Position numbers and translations under genes: made by a program. Below are positions 26,863 through 37,846 of a stretch of DNA of 64,000 nucleotides, in pieces. How positions within the stretch are numbered: the first letter of the stretch is position 1; every line of letters begins with the position of its first letter. A model generated the notes under the pieces. That model made no database searches. It saw nothing but the letters and a program-made list of their open reading frames with translations, and was not told the DNA's origin. Origin of the DNA: a virus. The stretch lies in the IMG/VR virus record IMGVR_UViG_3300045199_000074. One strand, 5' to 3'.

Positions 26863-28533
26863 TTGAGATTTTCGTCATCTAACAAGAAAGTCCCTTCATA
26901 CGTTTATGTAATGATGTTCATTACATTGGCATATCTTACTATTGAAGTCCCCTTTTCTGTTTACCTTGTAAAATTTATGGGCGGCAATCCTTCAGTATCT
27001 GATGTCGATTCAATTGAATTCTTTGGTCGCATTCTGACAGGTTGCGCTGTTGCAATTTTTGTCGTTGGCACCTGTGTTCTTCCTCGTTTAAATTTCAAGA
27101 AATCGTACATCTTGACGGTTTTCTGGATTAGTGTTTCGTCCTTTATCTCGGTTTTTGGAACATTTCATTCGCTAAACTATATTGCTGATTATCTTGGTAC
27201 ATCCAGTTCTCCGGAAGAGCGACGGATTGCCTTTCAGACAAACGTTGTTAAGCGTCAGATCTCTGCGCACGGCCTTGGTGGTATGGAAATATCTAATTCA
27301 AATGACTGGTTGGCTTTTGTTTCTGCAATCCCAACCCTGGGTGCAACTTCTGATGAATTGTTTGCGATGTCCAATGTTTCCAAAAGCGAAATGATTAATG
27401 ATGAATCTTACCGTGCTCTGGGTGATCTTGTAGCTGCTCGTAAATTCTTTTCTGTAGAACGCCTTTCGGCTACTCGAATAATATATGATGAGTATCAGAT
27501 AGCTGTTGGTCGTTATCATGAAGCTCTTAAGGATTTAGATCGTGAGGCAAATCGTGCTTATAATACGTTTGAAGATCAGGCTCGCGTGAAATCTAACGGT
27601 CTTTGGTACTGGTACAACAAGAAGAAGAAGGCTGAAGTCGCTCGTACTGAGTTGCGCAAGCATGGTCTGGTGTTTTCGAGCAGGGAAAACCCTTTGGATC
27701 GTGACGTTTTTGGATATGTATTTGGTAAAAAGTATAAGGGAAAGGTTCTTGATACTTTTAGTAAGGGTATGATCGAAGCATTTGGTTCTAATTTGTCTCC
27801 AGACCTTGCGTTTGATGAGTTTTCAAATCATCCAGCCGTTCATAAGAAGATACGCGCAGTTCTTCATCTGCCTAAATCTGATGTCTCATTGGATGGGGCA
27901 ATGTCTGACGTAGATTTTAATCGCTTGGTTTATATACCTCTTGCAAAGAAGAATGCAGAGTTATTTTCGCGCGCCTTTGATGCTCCCGCCTCCAAGTTTG
28001 CCAACGGTGAAGAATTTGAAAAACTTGGGACCAGCGCTGTAAAAATGATACGAGTTCCAGTTATGGCCATCTTGCTCTCGATAGCAGGCGCGATGTTGCA
28101 CATATATAAGTTCTCGACTTATCTCATACAGGTCTTGGCTGGCCGTGCGAAGCTTCATTTCATAAACACTGGCGTTCGTCATGCCTTTGGTTTCTCGATA
28201 ATGATGGTTGCCTTCATAGGCATGGGCCTATCTGGCAACGTCGTCACCTCGAATATCGCATTTGCTCAGATTAAGAGTGATGGTCCTGTTGCTCACCTGA
28301 TGCACGGCGCAATAGCAATACAGCCTGAATTTTCTAAGCTTGGTCGTGGTTTTGGTTCGATAGGACCGTGGAACCTTATAGTATCCCATTTGCCTGCCCC
28401 TGTCCTTTATAAGGACGCCAAGATTGCTAAGGGCGCAATCGCTCCTGTTTCAGAACTAGCTGTCTATGCTGAGGACGTAACACTAGAGAACATACCAGTT
28501 CCGACCCCGCGCCCAGAACGCGTGTCAAATTGA
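26863..28533 (+). CDS. hypothetical multi-pass membrane protein
   Basis: three N-terminal TMs, large soluble domain, further TMs, C-terminal PVPTPRP. Confidence 0.8.
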   Translation: MRFSSSNKKVPSYVYVMMFITLAYLTIEVPFSVYLVKFMGGNPSVSDVDSIEFFGRILTGCAVAIFVVGTCVLPRLNFKKSYILTVFWISVSSFISVFGTFHSLNYIADYLGTSSSPEERRIAFQTNVVKRQISAHGLGGMEISNSNDWLAFVSAIPTLGATSDELFAMSNVSKSEMINDESYRALGDLVAARKFFSVERLSATRIIYDEYQIAVGRYHEALKDLDREANRAYNTFEDQARVKSNGLWYWYNKKKKAEVARTELRKHGLVFSSRENPLDRDVFGYVFGKKYKGKVLDTFSKGMIEAFGSNLSPDLAFDEFSNHPAVHKKIRAVLHLPKSDVSLDGAMSDVDFNRLVYIPLAKKNAELFSRAFDAPASKFANGEEFEKLGTSAVKMIRVPVMAILLSIAGAMLHIYKFSTYLIQVLAGRAKLHFINTGVRHAFGFSIMMVAFIGMGLSGNVVTSNIAFAQIKSDGPVAHLMHGAIAIQPEFSKLGRGFGSIGPWNLIVSHLPAPVLYKDAKIAKGAIAPVSELAVYAEDVTLENIPVPTPRPERVSN

Positions 28534-28690
28534 TCGTCTAATCCCGAATTCTGGATAATCGACGATGACGTCATCTGCTACTTCAAGTCCGTTATCGATA
28601 GCGTGTTGTATCGCTATCTTGTGAGCTTTCGTTAGGTGTGCTCGACCCGCTCTTGTCTGAAATCAAGCTTTTTAGATAAATGAATTTTTA

Positions 28691-29158
28691 TCATGTTCCG
28701 AGTTTACGTGCATATGCGGAGTTTTGCATGTCCTCGTCTGTGTGAAATGAAAACGCTTCCGGTCTGGCCAAGTGCGGCATCATTCTGTGAAATAACGTAA
28801 CCAAGCGTTCCACCAGCGCCTCATCGCGATAGGCCAATTCAAGATCATGATCTTGAAACTTCCGGTATCCCACGCATTTCCACGGCGCTTCGAGGCAATT
28901 GAAGCGCGCGATAAATGCCGCAGGCGGCATCGGACCATCGTAATCCCAAAGTTTTCCATCCAGAAGGACGACAGCATGGCCAACTTCATCGTTCTCGTTT
29001 ACAAGACCGAATAATTCTCCGCCAATGACTGACTTTAGGGCCTGAGCAACGATAACGCAGCCACCATCGAATGGTCCACAATCAATGGTGGCCTGCAAAT
29101 CGGAGTGAAATTCTTCGTCGATCAGTTTACGCTGCATGTTCCAACTGCGAAAATTCAT
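28691..29158 (-). CDS. hypothetical protein with Cys-His-Asp triad-like motifs
   Basis: GGC..A.AL, GHAVV, WDYDG. Confidence 0.65.
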   Translation of the reverse strand: MNFRSWNMQRKLIDEEFHSDLQATIDCGPFDGGCVIVAQALKSVIGGELFGLVNENDEVGHAVVLLDGKLWDYDGPMPPAAFIARFNCLEAPWKCVGYRKFQDHDLELAYRDEALVERLVTLFHRMMPHLARPEAFSFHTDEDMQNSAYARKLGT

Positions 29159-29195
29159 CTGAACCTGCCTCTCAGTCTATCACCGTCGCTTTCAA

Positions 29196-31562
29196 TTAAA
29201 GTGAAGGGCCAGATCTGACCAAGTCATGATCCAAATGTGCTTCGTAAGCCTTACGAAGGGCAATAATATCGGCTTTCAAGGTGTCGTTGCTCTGCGTCAG
29301 ACACCAATCACGGAAGCTATGAGCAAGCTCGATCTCAGCGTCATCAGGTTGGCCTCCATCTGGTTTGCGTGTATGCGACCATGTGAATTCATTACCCTTT
29401 TCTCGTGATGCAACGATACGATCTTTCACGCTGCGCATCTGCTTCCAGAACGCATAAAATGGCAGCTTGACCTTGGTCATGTAGCCAACAGCATCTTCGA
29501 TCACCAAGCCTTCCACATGCTCACCGCCAACGCGGTAGTTCATGTCAGTAGTCGCCTTCTTGTGCCAGCCAGCGAACGAAGCAGCATTCTGGAATGTCAT
29601 CGCTAGCTTCTTCGTTTCGAGACCAAACTTTCGGCCAACAGCCTCGACCACGCTGAAACCTGCCTTCTCAAAACTTTCCGAACGACGAATAATATCGAGC
29701 AAAACTATTTTTGGTTTATCGTACTCGATCATGTGAGGGTCATTGAGCGGATCAATCACTTCCCACGTCATCGAAGATTCTGTATCACGAAGATAGCGAC
29801 GGATTTTCTCCAACTGAACGGCGCTCAGCTGGTTAATTGCAATATTCTTGAAAATATCAGCGAAATCACCATCTGGCGTGGATTTTGAAGCGATAAACAA
29901 GCTGTCTGTCTTTTCATCGTAACCCATATTTCCAAGGAAACCGTTATATTTCACGTAAAGTTTGATCGGGAATTGCATGTTTTTGGCAAGGTTTGCTATT
30001 TCAGTTTCTTCCCGTTCGCCCACATTGAAAAATTTATCGTATCCACGAGAAACTATTTTGCTCGTTTTCCGTTCAAGAAAAAGCCCGCGCGCCTTCACAA
30101 CAACATCATCCCAAGAACGGTCAAAAAACACCTTCTTGGTGAAATTAAGCGAATATACATGCGGGAATCGTTCGCTCGACTTTTCTCGAACGCCTTCATG
30201 TTCATGCATAGACTTCAGGAGACTTGAATCCATCTCTGTCGATTTTCCGTCAGGATTGATAATCCAATGGGGCAGCATTTTACGTTGAGCCTTTCTAACT
30301 TCTGTAATCCTGGTTTCGAGAGCCAGTCGCTCCTTGAGTGGTCGATAGACATGGTTCTTGAATGCTTTGGTGTTCCAACCATTGCCATCGAGAATGCAAA
30401 TTCGCAGATTGCCGCCGTGTTCGACTGAGTCTTCGAGATTGAACGAGTGTTCGGTGGCCGCAATATCAACATTGCCGTGATTGCGGTGTCCGTGAACCTG
30501 GAAACCTCGCTTGCTGTTGCGCTCGAACTGCTCATCAATCGGGTCTTCCCAGTGGCCTGTGCCATGGGAATATTGATTCAGAGAAATCAGGTGAGGCTTA
30601 TCGGGGAATGTGCTTAATCCTGCGTGGGTAACGAGAACCTCAGCGCCCTTGAAGCTGTACTGGAGAAATTCCTTAGCCTTCTGACATACGGCTTCAGCAT
30701 CAGCAGGAGTTATGCCTGCTTCGATAAGCTGCGGAAGCGTTCTGAGGGCGAACTCTCCACTTTTTGCATCTTCACCACGCGCCCAACGGTCGAGATGATC
30801 TTCATGATTGCCCCATAGAAGGGTGACGTTCTCCCTGTGAAGAGCATTGTCGACGAACCAGCGCATCACTTTGCCGTTTTCGATGCCTCGATCAAGCAGG
30901 TCTCCCACAAAGACGTACTTGTAGTCGTCATCAAAACCATTCGCGAGTGGCCCGCCTTCTCCCGCCAATACGGTGAAGCAACCTTGCAGGTCTCCAATGT
31001 GAATTACGCCCTTATAGCGGTCGCTAAAGTCATGAACGGGCTCACGTAGCCACGCATCCAGTTCACTTATGTGACTACCGTCTTCCTTGCCGTTAATAAT
31101 TGTAATGCCATCGACATCGTCTCTTATGCCAGCTTCGATGAGCTGTGCATGCATTTCTCTAACTCTGAACTCAGAAACCCGGTTAACTTCCTGGCGTTCA
31201 CTGTTTCGTTTCAACGCCAATTCTACTGGAATTGAAGACATATCAAGAACAGCGATTTCATACCGATGTGGTTTTGCCATATCAGCTAAACGCTTCAAGT
31301 TTGAACGTTCTATGAGCGTCGTGTCTATTGCTAGTGTCTCCCCTCTAGACATCCGCTCCGATGCGAATTGATTAAGCATCGCGAAAGCTCTCTCATTGAC
31401 ATCCTGATTAACGATCATTTGCCCTTCGCTTGTCAGGAATGGTGCCGCGATTGTCGATCTGATATTGTCGGCGGACAGCGTCCATTGCTCTATCCCTATT
31501 GCCTTGAGAGCGTGTGACTTTCCAGATCCAGGTTGGCCGCGCGTGATTATTAATTTTCTCAT
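29196..31562 (-). CDS. RNA repair enzyme: polynucleotide kinase + metallophosphoesterase + RNA ligase
   Basis: GQPGSGKS kinase; GDLQG/GDLLDRG/GNHE phosphoesterase; ARGLF, KFFN, KYNG (motif I), EGLVI, KVK ligase motifs. Confidence 0.9.
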   Translation of the reverse strand: MRKLIITRGQPGSGKSHALKAIGIEQWTLSADNIRSTIAAPFLTSEGQMIVNQDVNERAFAMLNQFASERMSRGETLAIDTTLIERSNLKRLADMAKPHRYEIAVLDMSSIPVELALKRNSERQEVNRVSEFRVREMHAQLIEAGIRDDVDGITIINGKEDGSHISELDAWLREPVHDFSDRYKGVIHIGDLQGCFTVLAGEGGPLANGFDDDYKYVFVGDLLDRGIENGKVMRWFVDNALHRENVTLLWGNHEDHLDRWARGEDAKSGEFALRTLPQLIEAGITPADAEAVCQKAKEFLQYSFKGAEVLVTHAGLSTFPDKPHLISLNQYSHGTGHWEDPIDEQFERNSKRGFQVHGHRNHGNVDIAATEHSFNLEDSVEHGGNLRICILDGNGWNTKAFKNHVYRPLKERLALETRITEVRKAQRKMLPHWIINPDGKSTEMDSSLLKSMHEHEGVREKSSERFPHVYSLNFTKKVFFDRSWDDVVVKARGLFLERKTSKIVSRGYDKFFNVGEREETEIANLAKNMQFPIKLYVKYNGFLGNMGYDEKTDSLFIASKSTPDGDFADIFKNIAINQLSAVQLEKIRRYLRDTESSMTWEVIDPLNDPHMIEYDKPKIVLLDIIRRSESFEKAGFSVVEAVGRKFGLETKKLAMTFQNAASFAGWHKKATTDMNYRVGGEHVEGLVIEDAVGYMTKVKLPFYAFWKQMRSVKDRIVASREKGNEFTWSHTRKPDGGQPDDAEIELAHSFRDWCLTQSNDTLKADIIALRKAYEAHLDHDLVRSGPSL

Positions 31563-31711
31563 TTTTCTTTTCTATATTTATTCCGTTTTCGTGATAATAA
31601 TTATAGATATCTTTGCAAGAGCCAAGCCCAAATAAGTTGACATTTTTATTTTTTAATAGAATTATTGCTTAATTAAAGCGAGCCTCGTTTTTCGTGTCGG
31701 GAGTTTATTGA

Positions 31712-32539
31712 ATGAGCAGAGTGGATGACGTCCTTGGTGATGAGATCAAGGCACATGAAAAATTGAATTCGGATCGTGCGGCAAATATCGGTGATCCTGT
31801 AGTGATACGTGTTGACGGCGCTTCATTTTCCAAGTTTACGCGCAATGCATCAAAACCATTTGATGAACGCATTTCTGCTGCAATGGTTCACGCAACAAAA
31901 TCTACTGTTGATGAATTTAATTGCCGTTTAGGCTATACGCAGTCTGATGAAATCAGTTTTTTGCTTTATAGCTCTGATCAGGAACTCCCTTTAAGTGGTC
32001 GTTATGAAAAATTGGCAAGCCGTTTTGCGGCACACGTAACTGCTCATTTCTTGAAAAAGGGTCTTGAGTTATTTCCTGAGCTAATTGGAGAAAGGCTTCC
32101 TTCTTTTGACGGCCGTGCAATGTCTTTTCCAACATTAGATTTGGCCGCCAAAGCAATCCTATGGCGTGAACTTGATGCTCGGAGAAATGCCGTCAGCATG
32201 GCTGCGCGTTCTGTCTTTTCGCCAAATGAACTTAGTGGGCGATCATCATGGGAACAGCGAAAAATGATGTCTGCACGCGGTCTGGAATTCGACGACTTTC
32301 CAGAAACTTTCAGGCGCGGCGCTTTTGTTCGGCGGGTGAAGGTAGTGAGAGAATTGACGGTAGAGGAGCTGTCTCGGATTCCTGAAAAACACCGACCAAA
32401 TGGGCCAGTTGAACGCTCAAGTATCGAGCAGGTTACTATGCCTAATTTGTCTCTTGTTGATAATCTTGCCGATGTCCTTGTTTTCAATGCTGATCCTATC
32501 GTCGCGGAACGCAAGTTTGCATTAGCCGTTACGGGGTAA
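31712..32539 (+). CDS. Thg1-like protein (tRNA-His guanylyltransferase / 3'-5' polymerase family)
   Basis: IRVDGASFSKFT, KPFD, GYTQSDEIS, FDGR, WRELDARRN. Confidence 0.92.
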   Translation: MSRVDDVLGDEIKAHEKLNSDRAANIGDPVVIRVDGASFSKFTRNASKPFDERISAAMVHATKSTVDEFNCRLGYTQSDEISFLLYSSDQELPLSGRYEKLASRFAAHVTAHFLKKGLELFPELIGERLPSFDGRAMSFPTLDLAAKAILWRELDARRNAVSMAARSVFSPNELSGRSSWEQRKMMSARGLEFDDFPETFRRGAFVRRVKVVRELTVEELSRIPEKHRPNGPVERSSIEQVTMPNLSLVDNLADVLVFNADPIVAERKFALAVTG

Positions 32540-32542
32540 ATT

Positions 32543-34510
32543 ATGAGTATTGAAAACATTCTGCAGGGACTTAACAGGGAACAACGACAGGCAGCAGAAG
32601 CCGTGGATGGGGCATATCTCGTTGTCGCTGGGGCTGGCTCTGGAAAGACAACCGTTTTGTCGCGACGCGTTGCAGCGCTTGTTGAGGCTGGTATTAATCC
32701 GTCTTCCATACTGCTTCTGACATTCACACGGTTTGCCGCAAAAAACATGCTGGATCGCGCGAAGCGAATTACTCCTGCAGCCGCAGATGTTGTTGGTGGT
32801 ACTTACCACTCGATTGCTCACAGACTTGTCCTTGAGAACCATCGTATGTTTCGTCTGCCAGAAAAACCGACATTTCTCGATCCTGATGATGTGACGTCTG
32901 CATTTAAGAAGATTGCACTTTCTCTTGGTGGCAAAGACGAAAACATGCCGAAGGGGTCTGCCCTCGCCAAAGCGCATTCGTTCTCGGTTAACACAAAACG
33001 TTCGCTTGAAGATGTTGTTCACGACCGCTTTCATGAATTTTCCTATGCTGTCGATTTTTTTCAGAAATGTGCGGAAGAGTACAAGACCTATAAACGCACG
33101 CGTGGACTGCTCGATTATGATGATTTGTTGGTTGCTTGGGACAACATGATGGATCACCCCGTAATAGGTGCGGCCGTTCGTGATCGTTTTAAGTATGTAT
33201 TGGTCGATGAAGATCAGGATTCAAATGCCATCCAATGTTCAATCGTAGCGAAGCTCGGTGGAGACAATCCTAACGTGATGGTTGTTGGTGACCCTGCGCA
33301 GTCTATCTATGCCTTTCGCGGCGCAGCTCCACGTACTATGTTCGAGTTTATAGAGCGATGGCCGCATGCAACGACAATTAAGTTAAATACAAATTATCGT
33401 TCAACAGAAGAAATCCTCACTATTGCTAATTCTGTCGACCGCGATATGCGTGAACGCTTTGATCGTGAATTGCTTCCAGCTCCTGGTTCTGTTGGTGAAA
33501 CACCCATTATGACACAGGTTGTCGATTATGAGGCAGAGGCCAAATATATAGCTGACAAAATCTTGGATCGTAAGGATGATGGCGTTGATCTCGAAGAGCA
33601 GGCCATTCTAGTCCGCTCAATGAATACGGCCAGACATATTGAGGCTGAGTTGGTTCGACGTCGTATTCCATATAAGGTCTCTGGCGGCATTAAGATTAAT
33701 GATGCGGCTCATATTAAAGACATGCTTTGCATGGCTCGTTGTGCAGCCAATCCATTGGACGAACCTGCCTGGCTTCGAGTGCTAACCATGGCCCGCACAG
33801 TCGGCGAGAAAAAGGCATCTCAGGTTTACACCAAGATCGCTGACGCAGTTTCGGAGTCGTTCCTTGGTGATCCGTGCGAAATCATTGTGGATATGTGTAA
33901 GAAAAGTCCTGATGCAGGCCCTATTTCGGATGCGTATCGAATTTTGGCAGCTGGAGGCCCGCCTGTCGAAATACTTGAACGCGCTATGACTGTCGTTGAA
34001 GATATTTTTAAGCGTCGTTATGACGACTGGAGCGCTCGCAAAAGTGACATCAGCGCTGTAATTGGCCTCGCCGAAGGTCAGGAGAGCCTCGATAGCTTCC
34101 TTTCGACAATGTCTCTTGATTATTCGATTGATAAAAAACGTGAAATTACAGGGGAGATGCAGGAAGAAAACCCTGTAACGATTTCCACTGTTCATTCCGC
34201 GAAGGGACTTGAGTGGGATGTTGTATATATTCCTTCTTTTATCCAGGGGCATCTTCCATCTGCATATGCTAATAGTTATGAGCAGATTGAGGAGGAAAAG
34301 CGGGTGCTATATGTCGCTGTAACGCGTCCGAGAAAATTCCTGGAAATCACGAAGCCAACTACTGGCTATAAAGGTGTGTTCCTTCAGCAATCGAATTTCG
34401 AATACATGATTGCGCCTTTTTGCGAGCATCAAAAAATTGGTGTGACTAATAGAAATTCTCAGTCGTTCGCTTTTGGTTTCGAAGACGATTATGTCGATAT
34501 TTTCGGGTGA
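32543..34510 (+). CDS. UvrD/Rep family SF1 helicase (second copy)
   Basis: AGAGSGKT, VDEDQD, VGDPAQSIYAFRGA, NYRST, TVHSAKGLEW, EEKRVLYVAVTR. Confidence 0.95.
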   Translation: MSIENILQGLNREQRQAAEAVDGAYLVVAGAGSGKTTVLSRRVAALVEAGINPSSILLLTFTRFAAKNMLDRAKRITPAAADVVGGTYHSIAHRLVLENHRMFRLPEKPTFLDPDDVTSAFKKIALSLGGKDENMPKGSALAKAHSFSVNTKRSLEDVVHDRFHEFSYAVDFFQKCAEEYKTYKRTRGLLDYDDLLVAWDNMMDHPVIGAAVRDRFKYVLVDEDQDSNAIQCSIVAKLGGDNPNVMVVGDPAQSIYAFRGAAPRTMFEFIERWPHATTIKLNTNYRSTEEILTIANSVDRDMRERFDRELLPAPGSVGETPIMTQVVDYEAEAKYIADKILDRKDDGVDLEEQAILVRSMNTARHIEAELVRRRIPYKVSGGIKINDAAHIKDMLCMARCAANPLDEPAWLRVLTMARTVGEKKASQVYTKIADAVSESFLGDPCEIIVDMCKKSPDAGPISDAYRILAAGGPPVEILERAMTVVEDIFKRRYDDWSARKSDISAVIGLAEGQESLDSFLSTMSLDYSIDKKREITGEMQEENPVTISTVHSAKGLEWDVVYIPSFIQGHLPSAYANSYEQIEEEKRVLYVAVTRPRKFLEITKPTTGYKGVFLQQSNFEYMIAPFCEHQKIGVTNRNSQSFAFGFEDDYVDIFG

Positions 34511-34513
34511 ACA

Positions 34514-35311
34514 ATGGATAACTATCTATACGATTATGTTGTTTCGTTTCTGATTTATGAGATGTCCGTCGATCAGAACGGACATCAGTTCACCATTACT
34601 GATCGCCTAATTGTTGATGCTGGCCGCGATGAGATGCTTCAGATGGGCGGTTTCGATGGTTATGTGCAATTAGCCGCAGAAGGACTTCGCAGCAGAATGA
34701 CCAAGCCTGGTATGAAGGCCGCAGTCGACATGGTCACGATCCGAGACCAGATGGTCTATCTGTCATCGAGTGATGAGCGTCATGGTTTCGTCATGCATTC
34801 ACAGATGAAGGAAATTCTTTCATCGCTTGCGAAGGCTTTTAGGGACGACGGTCATTTTGAAGTTGTTGGGAAAGAGATCCGGCGCACCGACCGCCCTGCT
34901 ATTGTGGAGCGTTATGAAAACCCTCCAACGGTTGCCGTCCTCCTTGTTGAAACCAAATCTGGATTGGTTGTTATTCGCAGAGGTCTTAAGGACGGATTCG
35001 GTAAACTGGCACTGCCTGGTGGATTTCATGTTAAGGGTGAAACGTGGCAGGAGGCTGCTGCGCGCGAGGTACTAGAAGAAACTGGTCTTGCGCTCAATCC
35101 TTCTAAGATTTCTATCCGTGATCTCGTCACGGTCGGCGGAGGCACCATTAATCTGGCTTTCGGGCAATACACTGAAATCGCAGACGATTTTGAACCAAAA
35201 TTCGATAGCGAGGTTCTTGACGTCAAATGGATAAACTCACCTGTTGAATCGGCATTCGCCACGCATACAGCGATGATCAAAGCTTTTTTCGACGAAAAAT
35301 TATCTAACTGA
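34514..35311 (+). CDS. NUDIX hydrolase with N-terminal extension
   Basis: Nudix box GGFHVKGETWQEAAAREVLEETGL. Confidence 0.9.
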   Translation: MDNYLYDYVVSFLIYEMSVDQNGHQFTITDRLIVDAGRDEMLQMGGFDGYVQLAAEGLRSRMTKPGMKAAVDMVTIRDQMVYLSSSDERHGFVMHSQMKEILSSLAKAFRDDGHFEVVGKEIRRTDRPAIVERYENPPTVAVLLVETKSGLVVIRRGLKDGFGKLALPGGFHVKGETWQEAAAREVLEETGLALNPSKISIRDLVTVGGGTINLAFGQYTEIADDFEPKFDSEVLDVKWINSPVESAFATHTAMIKAFFDEKLSN

Positions 35312-35322
35312 AAGAGTATCGA

Positions 35323-35538
35323 ATGAACAGACCTCAACATCCCCAAGACGTGCCATTGAATGAGTGGACAGATGGATGGTTGCAACTGAGTGTAGCTAAC
35401 CATTTTGGTGCACAATATTTGTTTTCCCATAACAACGAGAAAGCCAAAAATGGTTGGCCTGTTACGCATGATGAAATGGTTGCGTTTCTGATCGATAAGG
35501 GGGAAGTCCCGCAGGCGGGCACTGGATTGCCTGAATAA
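35323..35538 (+). CDS. hypothetical protein
   Basis: 71-aa ORF continuing the operon. Confidence 0.5.
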   Translation: MNRPQHPQDVPLNEWTDGWLQLSVANHFGAQYLFSHNNEKAKNGWPVTHDEMVAFLIDKGEVPQAGTGLPE

Positions 35539-35724
35539 ATTCGGAATAAGGTGTTGTGACAAGATATTAAAGCGATCACGACGCTTTTTTAAATTCATAA
35601 ATATCAATAATGATGCATTTTTTGCCTAATACGAATTATTCATAAACAAATCTGGCACCGGCGGTTGCCAATTCCATTTCTTTCTTTGATCCTAAATGCA
35701 TGTGTGTCGAATTAAGGATCATGT

Positions 35725-36156
35725 ATGTCCGACAATAGACAGCCATTTGATTGGTCTGAGGTTGCGATTGCGATGGATCGCAGCCTGCGTGTCTTTGCGG
35801 ATTTTTCTAAGCCTATTTTAGTTGCGCACTCGGCTGAAAATATGTCGATTTCTAATTTACTCTTTCTGGTTTCTGTTGGTGAGCATGAGGCGCGTGTAAA
35901 TGATCTGGTTAAACGTGGCCATTATATAGGTTCAAATGCTTCCTATGCCCTTAAATCATTGCAGAGTGGTGGTTTTATTGAGCGACGGCAGGATTTAAAC
36001 GATAAAAGAAATGCTATTATTGTTTGCACAGATCGCGGTCGTTCACTTGTTGGATCGATTAAAGAAGCTTGCGCCTCTAAGGGGGTATCCCCTCGTGATA
36101 TCATCAAATCCCTTAAAATGTTCGATGAACATTGTATGAAACTTCCTGTGATTTAA
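35725..36156 (+). CDS. MarR-family (LdtR-like) regulator
   Basis: RGHYIGSNASYALKSL..GFIERRQDLNDKR..T.RG winged helix. Confidence 0.8.
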   Translation: MSDNRQPFDWSEVAIAMDRSLRVFADFSKPILVAHSAENMSISNLLFLVSVGEHEARVNDLVKRGHYIGSNASYALKSLQSGGFIERRQDLNDKRNAIIVCTDRGRSLVGSIKEACASKGVSPRDIIKSLKMFDEHCMKLPVI

Positions 36157-37793
36157 TGAAAATAAGAGTTCTTCCCCCGCATATTTCATCTCAAATTGCA
36201 GCTGGTGAAGTTGTTGAAAGATCAGCATCAGTTGTTAAAGAGTTAGTTGATAATGCTTTGGATTCTGGTGCTTCGTTGGTGACAGTCACTGTTCGAGGAC
36301 CAGCGCTTGAACATATTAAGGTTGTCGACAACGGCAAGGGGATGGACGTTGATGATCTGGCTCTCTCCCTGCATCGGCATGCTACTTCAAAATTGACGAA
36401 TGATGACATCCTGAAGGTTTTAACATTAGGATATCGTGGAGAAGCGTTGCCTTCTATTGCGACTGTTGCAGATGTCTCAATTATCTCTCGTACTGCTGAG
36501 ATGGATTGTGCTTTTATGGTCAGGAGTTGTCATGGTGATCTACAAGCTCCGAGACCATCAGCAGGTCAGTATGGTACCATAGTGGAAGTCTTGGATCTTT
36601 TCGCGCGGCATCCAGCTCGACAGAAATTCCAGAAATCAGCAAAGACCGAGGCCGCCGCCATTCGTGAGGTCTTGGCTGCTATTGCGCTCTGTTTTCCGAG
36701 CGTCGACTTCCGTTTTTCTGTCAATGGAACCGAGGGCCGTTATCAGGCACGTGAGAGCATCAAGGATCGTTGCGCTGACGTTCTTGGCAAGGATTTCCAA
36801 GGTAATGGTATCGAAGTGGCTCATCAGATGGGCGATATTCGTATTGATGGCGTCACTTGCATCCCTACTGCTGCACGCTCTGACGCATCAGGCATTCGTC
36901 TTTCAGTGAATGGACGCCCTATTGCCGACAAGATGCTGAAGGCTGCTGTGCAGGCCGCTTATGCTTCTTTGATCGGTCCTGGAAGGCACCCGCAGGCCTA
37001 CATTGCAATCACCCTTCCCTCCAACCTTGTCGACATCAATGTTCATCCTCGGAAGGCTGAAGTTCGTTTCATGCGACCAAGTGATGTGGCGACGGCAGTG
37101 AGACAGGCCGTTGAACACGCGCTCGATCATTCGGGACTGCGTTCACCAATCTCGCTACCTGATCTAGCTCGTACGCTTGCGTCGGAAAACGAAATTGGCG
37201 TCGATGATCGCCGTCGTCTGCCGCTTGGTCAGTTTGTTGGCCAAACAAATGGCTCCTGGTTAATATCCGAGACCGCAGATGGTATCGTCATCATTGACCA
37301 GCATGCCGCACATGAGCGGGTCATTCTGGAGCGTTTGAAGCAGCATATGGACGGCGTGACAATCCCTGCGTTCGTCTATCCAGAGCCTGTTTCTATTGAT
37401 GTTTCATTCTCGGATGCGACCTGTGTTGATGAAGCGGCCGAGGTGTACGCTGATCTTGGCTTCAAGACGCGCGTCGCTGGAGAAGTTGTCCAACTTATTG
37501 CTGTTCCCAGTGTTCTGGCGGATGTGTCGCCTAAGTCACTTGTCACTCTGGTCGTCCGTTGTGCGGTTGACGGTGTTGGCGCGGGTGTCTTGAAGGAAGC
37601 GTTGTGGGAGAAGTTGGCAACGGCGGCCTGTAAGGCAGCGATCAAGGCTGGTGATGATCTGACACCAGAACGAGCTGACCTGTTGCTTCGTGAAATCGAG
37701 GCGACCCCTAATGCTTCTTATTGCAACCACGGAAGACCGACTGTTGCCTTTCTTAAGAACGAGGATATTGCCAAACTTTTTGCCCGAGGTTGA
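36156..37793 (+). CDS. mutL: DNA mismatch repair protein MutL
   Basis: QIAAGEVVER, DNGKGM, RHATSK, TLGYRGEAL, DINVHPRK, DQHAAHER, ACKAAIK, CNHGRP. Confidence 0.97.
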   Translation: MKIRVLPPHISSQIAAGEVVERSASVVKELVDNALDSGASLVTVTVRGPALEHIKVVDNGKGMDVDDLALSLHRHATSKLTNDDILKVLTLGYRGEALPSIATVADVSIISRTAEMDCAFMVRSCHGDLQAPRPSAGQYGTIVEVLDLFARHPARQKFQKSAKTEAAAIREVLAAIALCFPSVDFRFSVNGTEGRYQARESIKDRCADVLGKDFQGNGIEVAHQMGDIRIDGVTCIPTAARSDASGIRLSVNGRPIADKMLKAAVQAAYASLIGPGRHPQAYIAITLPSNLVDINVHPRKAEVRFMRPSDVATAVRQAVEHALDHSGLRSPISLPDLARTLASENEIGVDDRRRLPLGQFVGQTNGSWLISETADGIVIIDQHAAHERVILERLKQHMDGVTIPAFVYPEPVSIDVSFSDATCVDEAAEVYADLGFKTRVAGEVVQLIAVPSVLADVSPKSLVTLVVRCAVDGVGAGVLKEALWEKLATAACKAAIKAGDDLTPERADLLLREIEATPNASYCNHGRPTVAFLKNEDIAKLFARG

Positions 37794-37846
37794 TTTGTGG
37801 ATTGCGCTATTCGCGATCAATCTGGTTGGAATAGCGGAGGTATGAA

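Noticed and set aside
32044-33157. Long antisense ORFs over the Thg1-like and UvrD genes
   Set aside because: Shadow frames of well-supported genes.
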